Position numbers and translations under genes: made by a program. Under the pieces are notes generated by a model, which saw only the letters and a program-made list of their open reading frames with translations, was not told where the DNA came from and ran no database searches. A stretch of DNA of 64,000 bases from Naegleria gruberi (lineage: Eukaryota): assembly GCA_000004985.1 (NCBI GenBank), contig GG738875.1; one strand, given 5' to 3'. Below are positions 48,201 to 58,908 of this stretch, piece after piece. Position 1 is the first letter of the stretch. Each line of letters starts with the position of its first letter.

Positions 48201-49048
48201 ATTGGACATGAAAAGATTCTTGAGATTAGTAGCTTGAGATGGATCTCTGATATACTCTTCATATAATCTTTTCAAAAGTAAATCTAGGAATGCAGGCTCA
48301 ACGAGCAAACAAGTCATTTGAAGAACATTATACTTGAAAGGTGGGCTCGTTCTCTCTTCCCATCTGCATCCTTTTTGTAAGAGGAACTGAAAAGCTTCCT
48401 TATTATCTACCAGTAATGCTACTAGCAAAGCATTCACACGAGAAGTAAAACCAATGTCAATATTTGCAGTTGAATTAACATCATGCTTGTCTTGTTCCAC
48501 GAATTTTCGTAAGCTTGTCATGTCACTATTGACAATAACCTGAAAGAATGGCGTTAATGTACTTGTTAATCCTTTGATTCTTTCCTTTAGTTCCTCCTTT
48601 CCAGTTTCAAAACTGTCCAATTCAGACATTGTAATTCCTTTCTTCAATTTCTTTCGAATTACTCTAATTTCCTCTTTTAATTTCTTGATCAACTCAATTC
48701 CTTCCTTATTGTCAGCACTACCGTCAGACTGCAACAGTTCCAAAGCATCGGAACATGTTTTTGCAGCCTGATCATAGTTCTTCAATAACTTCAAGCTGGT
48801 TACTTTTCTGTGGTATTCTTTTCAATGCAAGCCTCACTATCATGGAGAGCATTGTAGTAATGACCCAAATCTATGTTTGCTTTTGCCCTATTCGAATAAC
48901 TTAAATGATCATTCTCATCAAGAGCAATTGCTCTCGAATAAGAGTTGATTGCCAGTTGCAATTTATTGCTTTTCATCAGAGCATTTCCTTCTTGTCTATA
49001 TTCCTCGGCTGTTTTGCCCATTTTTTTGTTGTCTTCTCCATACAACAT
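45204..49048 (-). CDS. TPR - ankyrin-repeat - MYND zinc-finger protein
   Basis: The N-terminal exon 49048..48800 encodes TPRs ('AEEYRQEGNALMKSNKLQLAINSYSRAIALDENDHLSYSNRAKA'). The 1196-aa exon 48794..45204 has many ANK repeats ('GSTSLHLAASGN', 'LTPLVQACLQGNLDIVRLILG', 'YLPLHAACMSNRPKLVLYLLSVGANP'). The C-terminus carries zf-MYND, 'CCFCARNGVKSRCGECKKVYYCSRECQLSDWIFHQC'. The junction 48794..48800 changes frame with no room for an intron. Confidence 0.7.
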
Positions 49049-49207
49049 GATAATCCGAATAATTGTTAGCCATCATCAACTTTGTGTGTATACAACCACA
49101 ACAGCTTATTCATCTTCTTCTTTACCGTTACGAAATTTGATATGAAGATTTAATCCATTTTTTAAAAAATATTAAAATTTCCATTTTAAAATTCAAAAAC
49201 AATAAAA

Positions 49208-49495
49208 ATGTCCTTTGTATTATTGCAAGTGTTGACCGTTATTCCTGTGGTGGTGCTTTTCTCTACTATGGATGCACAACAGGCTCGTTTCTATGCTAAT
49301 ACATTCCGTTCCATGATGAACAAGTATCAGGAGAAGGCTACAGAGTTTCAAGATGAGTACAAGAGGATGATTACTAATAGTCGTGATGGAAGGAAACAAA
49401 TTACATCTTTATCATTATCATCATTGGAGCAACAACAACAACAAATTCAAGAGTTTGATCAAGTAGTGGAAGATGTTATGAGAACATCAAAATAA
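49208..49495 (+). CDS. hypothetical small protein with hydrophobic N-terminus
   Basis: 95-aa ORF. The N-terminus is signal/TM-like, followed by a coiled-coil-like Q-rich segment. Composition is the only evidence. Confidence 0.3.
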   Translation: MSFVLLQVLTVIPVVVLFSTMDAQQARFYANTFRSMMNKYQEKATEFQDEYKRMITNSRDGRKQITSLSLSSLEQQQQQIQEFDQVVEDVMRTSK

Positions 49496-49543
49496 TTTAT
49501 TATCAAAATTTTAGCTAGGAAGAGAGGAACAAATCATATATAT

Positions 49544-50596
49544 TTACAGGTTGTTATTTGTACAATATTCATTTACAAGTCGTGAAATTCTCTTCAGATG
49601 GCCAATCTTCTTAATATTGAATTTATCCCGATAATCATCAGTGGTAAAGTTTTTAAGCTGGTCTACAGTGATCAACTTCTTCTTGGCGAAGACTTTCACA
49701 TATTCTCCCATTTCATTGGCATTCAACATGTCTTCTACGAGATAGGTTGGTGGTTTAGAGGTCTGAATGGAAACCACTGGTGATGATTCATTACTCAATT
49801 CAATCACTCGTGTAAGAAGGAAGGTTATAAATTCAGGTGTCTTTTTGAAGGTTGGCATAATTTCATTATTGAATTGCATTTTCAGTGCTAAATCTATTTT
49901 CTCCATACATCTATCGATGGATTCTATTGTTGTAAGATGTGAAATATTTTCCTTTCTGGATGGTGAGAAGGAGGTGGATGATTGATATACAGATTGTGCT
50001 AATTGTCTAATAGCACTTGGTAAATTTACACAGGTTTTACTTTCCATGTCGATGAAAGTATTGTAAAAGTTTTGGAACTGTTTCACTTTGAGGGAGGCAA
50101 TTTCACCAAGTTCTAAACTTGATGTAGGAGAGGTAATTTGTGGTCTATTCGCTTTGAATAATCCAAAAGGAGATGAGGAAGTAGATGGTGAAGGTGGACT
50201 CGATGTAGTTGGAGAAGCTCTCTTTTGTGTATTATTCGAATAACTATTTCTTATCAGAGCAATATGTTGTAGACAAGAAAGCATTTCTTCATTCTTTCTT
50301 CTCTTGAGATATTCCTTCAGAACTTCAATACAGTCATCGTTCAACTCTACAATTGCCTCTATTGAATGATAGAGTTTGAGTTGTTCCTGAATGGCACTTG
50401 GTGATCTACTTGTCATTTCCTCACTCTCCACCACTCTTACTAAGTGGTTATTCATAGTAGTAGTGGTAGTATTAGTTGTGTTAACAGAAGAACACGACAT
50501 ATCCAATCGAGGTAGAGTAGCCATCGTTATCATTTCTATGGAGCTGATGTTTGTTGTTTTTTTAATGATTTGAAAAGCCAGACGGAACCAACACAT
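49544..50596 (-). CDS. hypothetical protein with C-terminal SAM (sterile alpha motif)-like domain
   Basis: 'GEYVKVFAKKKLITVDQLKNFTTDDYRDKFNIKKIGHLKRISRLV' matches the SAM pattern. The N-terminal region is S/T-rich. Confidence 0.45.
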   Translation of the reverse strand: MCWFRLAFQIIKKTTNISSIEMITMATLPRLDMSCSSVNTTNTTTTTMNNHLVRVVESEEMTSRSPSAIQEQLKLYHSIEAIVELNDDCIEVLKEYLKRRKNEEMLSCLQHIALIRNSYSNNTQKRASPTTSSPPSPSTSSSPFGLFKANRPQITSPTSSLELGEIASLKVKQFQNFYNTFIDMESKTCVNLPSAIRQLAQSVYQSSTSFSPSRKENISHLTTIESIDRCMEKIDLALKMQFNNEIMPTFKKTPEFITFLLTRVIELSNESSPVVSIQTSKPPTYLVEDMLNANEMGEYVKVFAKKKLITVDQLKNFTTDDYRDKFNIKKIGHLKRISRLVNEYCTNNNL

Positions 50597-51436
50597 CAGT
50601 TTTAAAGAATCATTTGGTGATCTTGCATAATCTGGTTCTTAAAACGTTGAGGGCAGTTGGCGAATATTTATACTGACGAGCTGCTATTTTAACATTGTTT
50701 TGGTTTTTGTGAACGATTGTGACAAAAAGACAATTTTTATTTGGTAAATTACCTCGTACTTATAGCAAGATCCGGATGCGGCACTTGACTAAATTTTAAA
50801 AGAATATTCGAAAACGATGAATTCGTATTAACCATACATTTTGAATATTAGGAATCAATCATATGTTTCTTCCTTGATTGGTAATTTAAACCAATCAAGG
50901 AATTGCATTGCTTTGCAAAGATGTTGTTGAGAAACATGCCCTTTTAACTTCGTTCAAATCTAACCACACCGTGGCCATTAATTGTCAAAATGAATACCAC
51001 AGTTTGATGTTTTGGTGAAACTGAGAGATATCCAGCGCCAAAATTGCAGCTATTGTCCTTTGTCTATTATAATAATGCATTCAAGTATTGCAACAAGTTT
51101 ACTGTAGTTGGGTTGTTAACTGTAAAGAACAGAAGCATGCCCAACAGGGAAGAGTTCTACATAATTTGATAATAACTGCTGAATGATTCGGGTAAAAGAA
51201 ATTGACACGATTATTTTCGCAATTGGTATAATTTTTCACTTTTGTATATTGGTTTATTGAGCTGAGGATCAATGAAGTGTAGGAATTTAAATATGGAAAG
51301 TAATGGTTGTTCTTGTTAAGATTATTCCATAATGTTAGGTCAAATTATACAGAAGGTTCAAATCGCTAAGTGGAATCAATAACAAATGCAGCCCTTAAGA
51401 AAGGTTTCCAAATGTTTGAATTATTTGTAAATGTTT

Positions 51437-54292
51437 TTATTTTACAGCTTTAGATTTGATGGACTTTCTCTTACATGTGGCACAAACTGGATCACCCAAA
51501 AGGTCATAGAATTTCATATTCTCAAATTCATTACCACACTTTTGACAGACAAAGCATTGTTTGTGGTAGGTCTTGGAGAGGGCCTTAACCATGTCTGCCT
51601 TGTTGATAATCTTTTCTTTACAGGCAGCACACTCCATATCCGTTGAAGCTGCTGCTGGTTTTGGCTTCTTTTCTGGATCTTCTTTGGTTTGATATTTCAC
51701 GTGTTTGTTCTTGTTTTGAATACAAGTAGCACACCAGAATTTACCAGATACATTGGCAAATGGTCCATTAATTTCCTTAATACAGTTAGAACAAGTGAAA
51801 CAGTGTTTGTGGAAGTAACTATCAGATGTTTCCATAAACTCTCCAGTAATTTTCTTTTTGCAAGCTCCACAACGTTTGGTAATTCCTGTATCATCATCGG
51901 ACGAAGAGCTATCCTTCTTCTTATTGTTAGTAGGAAGGAAAACACTAGAAGAAGGAGCTGTCTTATTAATTGATGATTGAGGTGTCTTGTCATCTAAATC
52001 ATTGAATAATACACTCTTGGATGGCTTGTGTTTGTTCTTGATGGCTTCTTCTTCATCACTGTCATCACTATCATCATCACCCTTTCTTGGAGGAGCTGAA
52101 GTGGCATCTGTCTTCTTCTTGAAACGAGAGTCTACAGCAATCTTTTGTCCAATCACAGATCTAGAAGTATTTCTGTTGGAAGATGGAGTATCTCCTGTTT
52201 CAGGATTTTCTTCAGTAGAAGCACGAGTACCTGGTGGAGCACTGTTTGCAGCCATTCTAGAAACTGCATCATCGTCTTCATCTCCCATAACAACATCAAT
52301 TTGGAAGTTTGTAATGCTATAATATTCAAGTGTTTTCTTGAATTGATCTCTGCTTTCTTCGACTTCCTTGGTTCTCTTTGCTTTTTCCTTTTCCAATTCA
52401 ACTTTTTCATTTTCCCAATTGAGTGCAATTTGTTCCCTTTGAAGTTCCCATTCTTGCCTCTTTTGAGCAATGTACTTTTTCTTTTCATCAAGTTGTTCTT
52501 TCAAGTTGGCAAGTTGTCCCTTGATTTGACTTCTTTCAAATTCAATTTCATCCTTTGTACTCTTAATTGTCTCGACCGTTTGCTCGTGAGCAATCTTTTC
52601 ATCTTGGTATTTCTTCTTCCAACTTTCAACAAATTGCATCCAAGATTTTTGGATTCCTTCCCATTCTTCTTCATTTTTAGTTGTTGGTTTTTTAGGTTCT
52701 CTTGGTGAGAAGATACTATTGGAAGAATCACCTGGGCGTTTCAAAGCAATATTGCTACTGCTTGAACTTGGATTTTGTTGTTGTTTGTGATCTTGCAACT
52801 TTTGAATGAATGCATCCAATGTCTTGGTGCCCATCATGTTGTTATTGGACTTGTCCTTTTTCTTTTTGTGATGGATTTTATGTTCCATCTCATTCTCAAA
52901 TATAGAACTATAATTATCAATAATAGCTCCAACTGTTTTACAATAAAAGTCAACCATCTTTTGTGATAATTGTCTAGTGGTGATTAGTTTTGTAGCACTA
53001 ATTGTGCCTTTCTTATTAGCATCGGTGACCTGAATGGCAACCTCTTCATCCTCCTTTACTTTACCACGAAGGAATACTGGTCCAAATACAACACTCAAGG
53101 ATTTAACACTCAATCTATTCTCTTCCTTGTACAAGAGTACTTGCACGAAATAATAGAATAAATCTCTAATAACATTTTTACAAATTGGATTCATATCTTC
53201 GATTTCTCTCCTGATCATATTGACACGTTCATTTTCAGATGTTTGTTCGCTAATTTCTACAAACTTTTGGAATGGTTCAAAGAGACCTCTATCTAAACTT
53301 TTGAAATATTCCAACATTAAATTACAAACAATATTAGGATCGATAGAGTTTGGGAACACAACTGGTGTCAAGTCACCATTCTTTCCTTGTGCTTCATTCA
53401 ATAATTGAATATATCTTTCCTTTTCCATTGTAGATCCTGTCAATCTGAAAATACCTGTTGTTCTTTGAACTCTTTCTTGTTTCAAATAACTCAACATTTT
53501 CTCCAAAACAGGAGGAATACTCTCCATTGCAATTGAAGAGTGAGCTGGGAAGTGATTCTCCAACAATCCTCCAAATAAAATTGGAGAACTCTGATTCACT
53601 TTAATTACACTAGCATTCCTCATCATTGTGTGCATACTATCCGATGAAGCATCAGCAGTATTCTTACCAGTCAACTTGTTCAACAACAAGTGCAAACTAA
53701 CCTTCGGAGGCTCTCCATTATTATTATCTGATGATGATGTTGCTGTTGCTGTTGTTGTTGTTCCACTATTCAAACCACTCATCAAATGTTGTCCAACACC
53801 CACTCCTTTAATTCTTGGTGAGGTAGTTGTAATCTCCTCCACCAACTTATCCGTACTATTACCAATGGCCAATGATGATGAAGAAGCTCCTGCTTCATTT
53901 TTCGATAGGGAAGTTGTAGAATTGGCGGGAGAATTTAAATTACTGCTACTGTTAGTAGCAACGCTTCCACTGCGTGGCGTTGTTTTTGGTGAGGCTGAGC
54001 CACCGTTGAGAAGAGCGAGTGGTGGATCGATGGTGAGAGTGAATTGTTCCTTGATGAGGTTTTTGATGGAGGTACCCCAGTTTACTTTTCTCGATTTAAA
54101 GTTGGTAACGTGGAGTTCATGAGTAGTGGCTGAAGGAGGTGGTATGATTTCTGGATGCTTGGTGATGATTTCTGGCAGCAAGTCATCAATGATGGCGTTT
54201 TGATCGAGTGTGTATTCTTCGGTGATGGTGGGAGTGAGTTGGAGGGTGAAATGTTTGCGAGAATTGGATTTTAGAGAGAAGCTACGAATCAT
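51437..54292 (-). CDS. RhoGAP domain - coiled-coil - tandem LIM domain protein
   Basis: The RhoGAP region reads 'GIFRLTGSTMEKERYIQLL...DPNIVCNLMLEYFKSLDRGLFEP...SLSVVFGPVFLR'. The C-terminal LIM fingers are 'CGACKKKITGEF...HKHCFTCSNC' and 'CAACKEKIINKAD...HKQCFVCQKC...CATCKRK'. The ATG at 54292 is preferred over the tool's GTG start at 54343. Confidence 0.8.
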   Translation of the reverse strand: MIRSFSLKSNSRKHFTLQLTPTITEEYTLDQNAIIDDLLPEIITKHPEIIPPPSATTHELHVTNFKSRKVNWGTSIKNLIKEQFTLTIDPPLALLNGGSASPKTTPRSGSVATNSSSNLNSPANSTTSLSKNEAGASSSSLAIGNSTDKLVEEITTTSPRIKGVGVGQHLMSGLNSGTTTTATATSSSDNNNGEPPKVSLHLLLNKLTGKNTADASSDSMHTMMRNASVIKVNQSSPILFGGLLENHFPAHSSIAMESIPPVLEKMLSYLKQERVQRTTGIFRLTGSTMEKERYIQLLNEAQGKNGDLTPVVFPNSIDPNIVCNLMLEYFKSLDRGLFEPFQKFVEISEQTSENERVNMIRREIEDMNPICKNVIRDLFYYFVQVLLYKEENRLSVKSLSVVFGPVFLRGKVKEDEEVAIQVTDANKKGTISATKLITTRQLSQKMVDFYCKTVGAIIDNYSSIFENEMEHKIHHKKKKDKSNNNMMGTKTLDAFIQKLQDHKQQQNPSSSSSNIALKRPGDSSNSIFSPREPKKPTTKNEEEWEGIQKSWMQFVESWKKKYQDEKIAHEQTVETIKSTKDEIEFERSQIKGQLANLKEQLDEKKKYIAQKRQEWELQREQIALNWENEKVELEKEKAKRTKEVEESRDQFKKTLEYYSITNFQIDVVMGDEDDDAVSRMAANSAPPGTRASTEENPETGDTPSSNRNTSRSVIGQKIAVDSRFKKKTDATSAPPRKGDDDSDDSDEEEAIKNKHKPSKSVLFNDLDDKTPQSSINKTAPSSSVFLPTNNKKKDSSSSDDDTGITKRCGACKKKITGEFMETSDSYFHKHCFTCSNCIKEINGPFANVSGKFWCATCIQNKNKHVKYQTKEDPEKKPKPAAASTDMECAACKEKIINKADMVKALSKTYHKQCFVCQKCGNEFENMKFYDLLGDPVCATCKRKSIKSKAVK

Positions 54293-54415
54293 TTTTTTAT
54301 GATGTTTTTTGTTATCGTCAGACGGGTGACATGTAAGAACCACAGAAGATTGATGATTGGAGTTTAGAAGAATGGATTGAAGCCTTATCAGTGTTAATGG
54401 ATCAGTAAATGAATT

Positions 54416-56263
54416 TTAATGTGAATGAAGATAAATGTCACCTTCTTCATCTTCTGCACCGCTATAACATTCTGCTGGAGATGTATTCACAATAATTGGA
54501 AGTTGATTCAATCTACTTCTCACCTTATTGGAGACGAAACAGTGACTCAGGTCTAGAATTTGTAAATGTAAATAATCACTTTCAATTCCACTTTCCAAAA
54601 GTTCTACAAATTCATTAACTCCCTTATCATTAAGGTTTGAAAGAGAAAAATCAATAATGTGAACTCTCTTTGAGATGGCACTTTCGAAAATTGTCTTTGT
54701 GCATTGATTAAGAAACTCAAAATTTCTCAAACCTAGATAGGTCAAACTTGGAAAGATTCCCTTCTCATCCTTGGAAAGTAATTTGGAATTCTTCATAAAT
54801 TCATCATTGCATCCATCAACTGAAAGTCCTATAAAGAGTTCCAAATGAGTTAAATTTGGAAGATAGGCATTGAATAAATTTGTTAAAAAATCTGTGCTCA
54901 GTGAGGCAGAAATTAAAACAAGAGACTTGAGATTGATGTGACTGAATTGAGCTGAAATGTTCAAATTTTCACCACCCTTAGATCTCCAAAATGACAACTT
55001 TGGGAGGCTATTGAAAACACTAGTCATGTCATCTTGTTGAATATAGCATACATCATTATCTTCTTCATCAACATTTAACAAGTTAATTGAATTGATTTGT
55101 TGTAATTTCTTAGAATTCTGCTTGATCCAATCAATGAATATCTTTGGCTTCTTATCGTGGAAATCTTCTTCAAATTTGGCAAGATCCAACTCTTCAAATT
55201 TTTCAATATTATCCAATGTCTTTTTGAGTTGAAGTTTAACTGATCCCTTATAAGTATTCTTTCTTTTTACTTTTCCTTCCTCTTCATCATCATCATCCTC
55301 GTCCTCATCACCGTCATCCTCGTCTTTGAAATAGATTCGAGAATATTTGAGACCAGTTGTGAAATATCTACTCATGGCCTCTTCACTCTTAATCAAGTGG
55401 AAGATAGTTGAGGAATTGTAGTCTGTTCTCTTTGCATGCTTGTGATTGGTGACATCGACTTGAATGGCTTTTTGGACTCTCTTTTTCCAATCCTTTCTCT
55501 TTTCAGCAGTGATAGCTAATCTACCAATGGATTTCTGCAAGTTGCAGATCTCCTCAGGTGTTAACTTTAATACTGGCTCTCCTTTAAATTCGTATTCATT
55601 ATCATGAATATGGTGAAACAGATTATTTTCAACTCTAGATTTCACATTTTGATTTCTAACAGAAAGTAAAAATGCAACTGTTTCCTCTTCTGTTTCATCA
55701 GCAATAAGGGTATTGAATTTTGAAATACAAGACAATCTAATCAAATCAGAAACTGAACAGAATGTGAAGATCTGACGAACAATTTCGTCTGGCAACTTGT
55801 TAAACTCTTTAAATTTGATAATCTTGCTTCCAGAACTGCTTGCCTTACCAGAACTACTGGCAGTTGATTTCGATGATGTTTTCCTCTTCTTCTTAGCTTT
55901 GGAATCACTATCCGAATCACTGCCACTATCATCCGAATGGCTGCCACTGCCACTTCCTGATATCAACAAGTACTTTCTATAATCTACAACCTTTCCACTA
56001 TCAATACACTTCCATAGAAAATCTTCACTCACAATAGGAACATCTTTTGCTTTTGCATTATTCACCTTTGACGTAGGAATACCACGAGCTTCATGTTCTG
56101 TTGTGATCAGAAAATTAGTCGAGTTGGTCACTGATGATGAAGTCTTTCCTCCATTCTTCTTGATATCACTCTCCACATCCGATCGTTTCTTGCTGAGTGT
56201 TCCAGAGCAACAGAAAACCAAACTAGATAGCACACCAGATTTACCGTTACTCTTTTTGACCAT
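54416..56263 (-). CDS. BRCT domain - F-box - leucine-rich repeat protein
   Basis: The N-terminal BRCT reads 'NFLITTEHEARGIPTSKVNNAKAKDVPIVSEDFLWKCIDSGKVVDYRKYLL'. The F-box is 'LPDEIVRQIFTFCSVSDLIRLSCISKFN'. C-terminal LRRs include 'LQILDLSHCFVSNKVRSRLNQL'. The protein has a poly-Ser/Asp linker and an acidic tract. Confidence 0.6.
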   Translation of the reverse strand: MVKKSNGKSGVLSSLVFCCSGTLSKKRSDVESDIKKNGGKTSSSVTNSTNFLITTEHEARGIPTSKVNNAKAKDVPIVSEDFLWKCIDSGKVVDYRKYLLISGSGSGSHSDDSGSDSDSDSKAKKKRKTSSKSTASSSGKASSSGSKIIKFKEFNKLPDEIVRQIFTFCSVSDLIRLSCISKFNTLIADETEEETVAFLLSVRNQNVKSRVENNLFHHIHDNEYEFKGEPVLKLTPEEICNLQKSIGRLAITAEKRKDWKKRVQKAIQVDVTNHKHAKRTDYNSSTIFHLIKSEEAMSRYFTTGLKYSRIYFKDEDDGDEDEDDDDEEEGKVKRKNTYKGSVKLQLKKTLDNIEKFEELDLAKFEEDFHDKKPKIFIDWIKQNSKKLQQINSINLLNVDEEDNDVCYIQQDDMTSVFNSLPKLSFWRSKGGENLNISAQFSHINLKSLVLISASLSTDFLTNLFNAYLPNLTHLELFIGLSVDGCNDEFMKNSKLLSKDEKGIFPSLTYLGLRNFEFLNQCTKTIFESAISKRVHIIDFSLSNLNDKGVNEFVELLESGIESDYLHLQILDLSHCFVSNKVRSRLNQLPIIVNTSPAECYSGAEDEEGDIYLHSH

Positions 56264-56321
56264 TTTTTTTAAATTAAATTTTATTAAAAACAATTTGGGC
56301 GGGAAACAATTTCAAAAAAAA

Positions 56322-57371
56322 ATGCAGAAAATATCTTTCCTGTTGGTTGTCTTGTTGATTGTGGGATTTGTTATTGTGAATCATTCGGAATGTGCTGATG
56401 CAACATCAGCAATGATTTTACGAGGAAATTCATCTTTGAGAAAATTTAATAATTTAGAATCATCATCTTTATTTGCAACTTATAATCAAGCAATGGTTCA
56501 ATTATTTTCAGTGAATGCTTCGGATGCTAGTTTTAATCCAGTTGGTCCTCCGAATCAAGCTGCTGGACAATCAATTATGGCACAACAATTGAGTGATATT
56601 GATGAGGTGAATAAGATTTTCTATGTCTTGTCTTTGAATAGTACAAATAATAGAGTTTACTTGTTGGGAATGAGTTTAAAGAGTGGAGAAATTGTGAGGA
56701 ATATTCTATTGCCAATTGTGGAAACTTATTGGGTTGGATTTGGACAATCTCTTGTTGTGAATCAAAATAATGGAGATGTTTATGTTGTGGGTCAGGAGAG
56801 TATGAATGCCAAGTTTGTTCTCCTCTCAATTAATTATGAAACCTCACAAATTACCAAACTAAATGAAATGCAAGAACTTATTGCAATTGGAAGCATTTGT
56901 GGATTTGATCCAAAGAATAATATTTTGTGGTTGGAATTTGCCAAGAATAGATCTGGAGTTGCTGAGTATGATTTGTATGCATTTGAACCAAAGAGTGGAA
57001 AATTAATTACAACTATTGTGAATACAGAGCTGATGCAAACCATGGAATTCGACAGAAAGACAGGTGTAATGATTGGAATAGGATTGAAACAACTCTCAAA
57101 AACCGCATTCCAGAGAACCATTGTTACACTTGATGGTTCAACATTCAAAATGAAAACCATTCTCAATGTTCAAGGCAACTATGTCGAATTGAATGATATT
57201 ATGGGACCAATTGATTATGTCAATAGAATTTTGTACTGTTTGATGAGACCTGCTGCCGCTAAAGTCTTTGATTTCTTAATGATTGATTTGGACAGTGGAG
57301 CAATTTTGAACAAGGTAAACATGTTAGGAAAGAGAACACCATGGAATTTACAATTTCTCAATAATTTATAA
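56322..57371 (+). CDS. predicted secreted protein (signal peptide), unknown family
   Basis: The N-terminus 'MQKISFLLVVLLIVGFVIVNHSECA' is a signal peptide. The ORF is 349 aa. It is divergent 58 bp from the BRCT-F-box gene. Confidence 0.5.
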   Translation: MQKISFLLVVLLIVGFVIVNHSECADATSAMILRGNSSLRKFNNLESSSLFATYNQAMVQLFSVNASDASFNPVGPPNQAAGQSIMAQQLSDIDEVNKIFYVLSLNSTNNRVYLLGMSLKSGEIVRNILLPIVETYWVGFGQSLVVNQNNGDVYVVGQESMNAKFVLLSINYETSQITKLNEMQELIAIGSICGFDPKNNILWLEFAKNRSGVAEYDLYAFEPKSGKLITTIVNTELMQTMEFDRKTGVMIGIGLKQLSKTAFQRTIVTLDGSTFKMKTILNVQGNYVELNDIMGPIDYVNRILYCLMRPAAAKVFDFLMIDLDSGAILNKVNMLGKRTPWNLQFLNNL

Positions 57372-57372
57372 T

Positions 57373-58587
57373 TTACAACTCTGATAATAATTTAATGTAA
57401 TAGTAAGGATCCGAAACTTCCTTAAATAAAATACAAGAAATGGTTTCTTCAAATATCTTAATCTTTCCATAGACATTTCCTTCATGGTCTGCATCATTGA
57501 AAATCTCTGAAACATTCTCTCTCATCACATAACTCAAATTACTTGCAATGTGGTCAACTCTGAGACAATATATTCTCTTGTTGGTAATGAAATAATGTTC
57601 CGAAACTTGAATGTATCGTGTTGTGTGGAATAGAGCAAATAAAACTGGAAGAATTAGAATTGGAGCCATCCATGAAACAATTGTCTGATCATCAGTTGAG
57701 GCATACGAATACACAAACATTACAATTCCAGCAATAATGCAACCTATCAGCAATACAATAGTAATAATAGAGGAAACCAATAAATATCTGAATGACTTTC
57801 TACGAATGGCTTCATAGGTGAATAGTTCTTCTTCAGGAAGAAAAGTGGCCGATAGAATATTCAAAGAAGGATGTTCAGTATTGATAACCAGTTGTTCAGA
57901 TGACTTGTGTTCTGATATTATTGCAATATTATTGGAATCTTCTCCTAAACATTTCATTCCCTTTCCAAATCTGATAAATTCTTGGACTTTTTGACTTGAA
58001 GCATATTTGTTCACAAGAAAAAGTGTAATTGATAATCCGAATATTACTCCTGCACATACTATTAAACTCCAATACAATTCATCATAGTTAAATTCATCCA
58101 ATAACTTTAGGGAAATATCACTCGATGTTTGGATTGAGCTAGTGGATTGTACTTTCTTTGAATTGGCATAACAAGCAAATGACCTTGATTCCAATAAACT
58201 TTGAGCACATTTCAAAGTTTCATTCAATTTCTTATATTTACAAAAAGATGTCCATTCAATATTATTCCCAACATTAGTCATATTCACTTGAATAGGATAA
58301 ACAAAATGTTCCAAATCCTGCCTAATCAAACTCTGAATAGATTCCTTCCTCTCAACATTTGCAATCTCACACCTGTACTCATCAAACTTGATATACATTG
58401 TATCGAATAATACCAAGGCACCATACAGCACCACAATCACCAAGATGGAAATTAGAAAATAGAGCAAAATCCTACCAACATGATAACTGCTCCTACTTTC
58501 GGACTTTATCTTTGAGTGCTGATGAAAAGATTGTTCATGAGATGGGAGGCAATAATGTGTCGGATGAAGTAGAATCATTTTTTTCAA
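57373..58587 (-). CDS. predicted multi-pass membrane protein, unknown family
   Basis: Several roughly 20-aa hydrophobic segments are present ('ILLYFLISILVIVVLYGALVLF', 'LIVCAGVIFGLSITLFLV', 'LLVSSIITIVLLIGCIIAGIVMFVY', 'MAPILILPVLFALF'). The 3' end abuts the convergent 56322 gene. Confidence 0.45.
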   Translation of the reverse strand: MKKMILLHPTHYCLPSHEQSFHQHSKIKSESRSSYHVGRILLYFLISILVIVVLYGALVLFDTMYIKFDEYRCEIANVERKESIQSLIRQDLEHFVYPIQVNMTNVGNNIEWTSFCKYKKLNETLKCAQSLLESRSFACYANSKKVQSTSSIQTSSDISLKLLDEFNYDELYWSLIVCAGVIFGLSITLFLVNKYASSQKVQEFIRFGKGMKCLGEDSNNIAIISEHKSSEQLVINTEHPSLNILSATFLPEEELFTYEAIRRKSFRYLLVSSIITIVLLIGCIIAGIVMFVYSYASTDDQTIVSWMAPILILPVLFALFHTTRYIQVSEHYFITNKRIYCLRVDHIASNLSYVMRENVSEIFNDADHEGNVYGKIKIFEETISCILFKEVSDPYYYIKLLSEL

Positions 58588-58908
58588 GTGTTGTTTATTG
58601 AGGATGATCCTTTTTGTTTGCCATTAATGGTGCGCCCATTCTAATGTGATGGTGGTGCCCTTTGAATTGTTTTTTAATATTGCACGTATGATGACAATGA
58701 TGGTAATTTATCTAATATTTGAAGCAATTTGTGGAGTTTTAGAGTGTTCGGGTGTGTTAATTGTTGTAATATTTGCTATTAGTACGTTGAAAGAATCTGT
58801 CTTTGGGGAAGGAGTTTTGTTTACTGAGAGAATACAAGTGGATTTTCGAATTTTGGAAATTTGAAGAATAATTTAAAAGTGTATTGTAATAAGGAAAGCA
58901 ATTTTTAT

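Noticed and set aside
52145-54122. Plus-strand ORFs (111-187 aa) within RhoGAP-LIM gene
   Set aside because: They are antisense to a confidently identified coding region. Their sequences are low-complexity Phe/Leu/Ser-rich artefacts.
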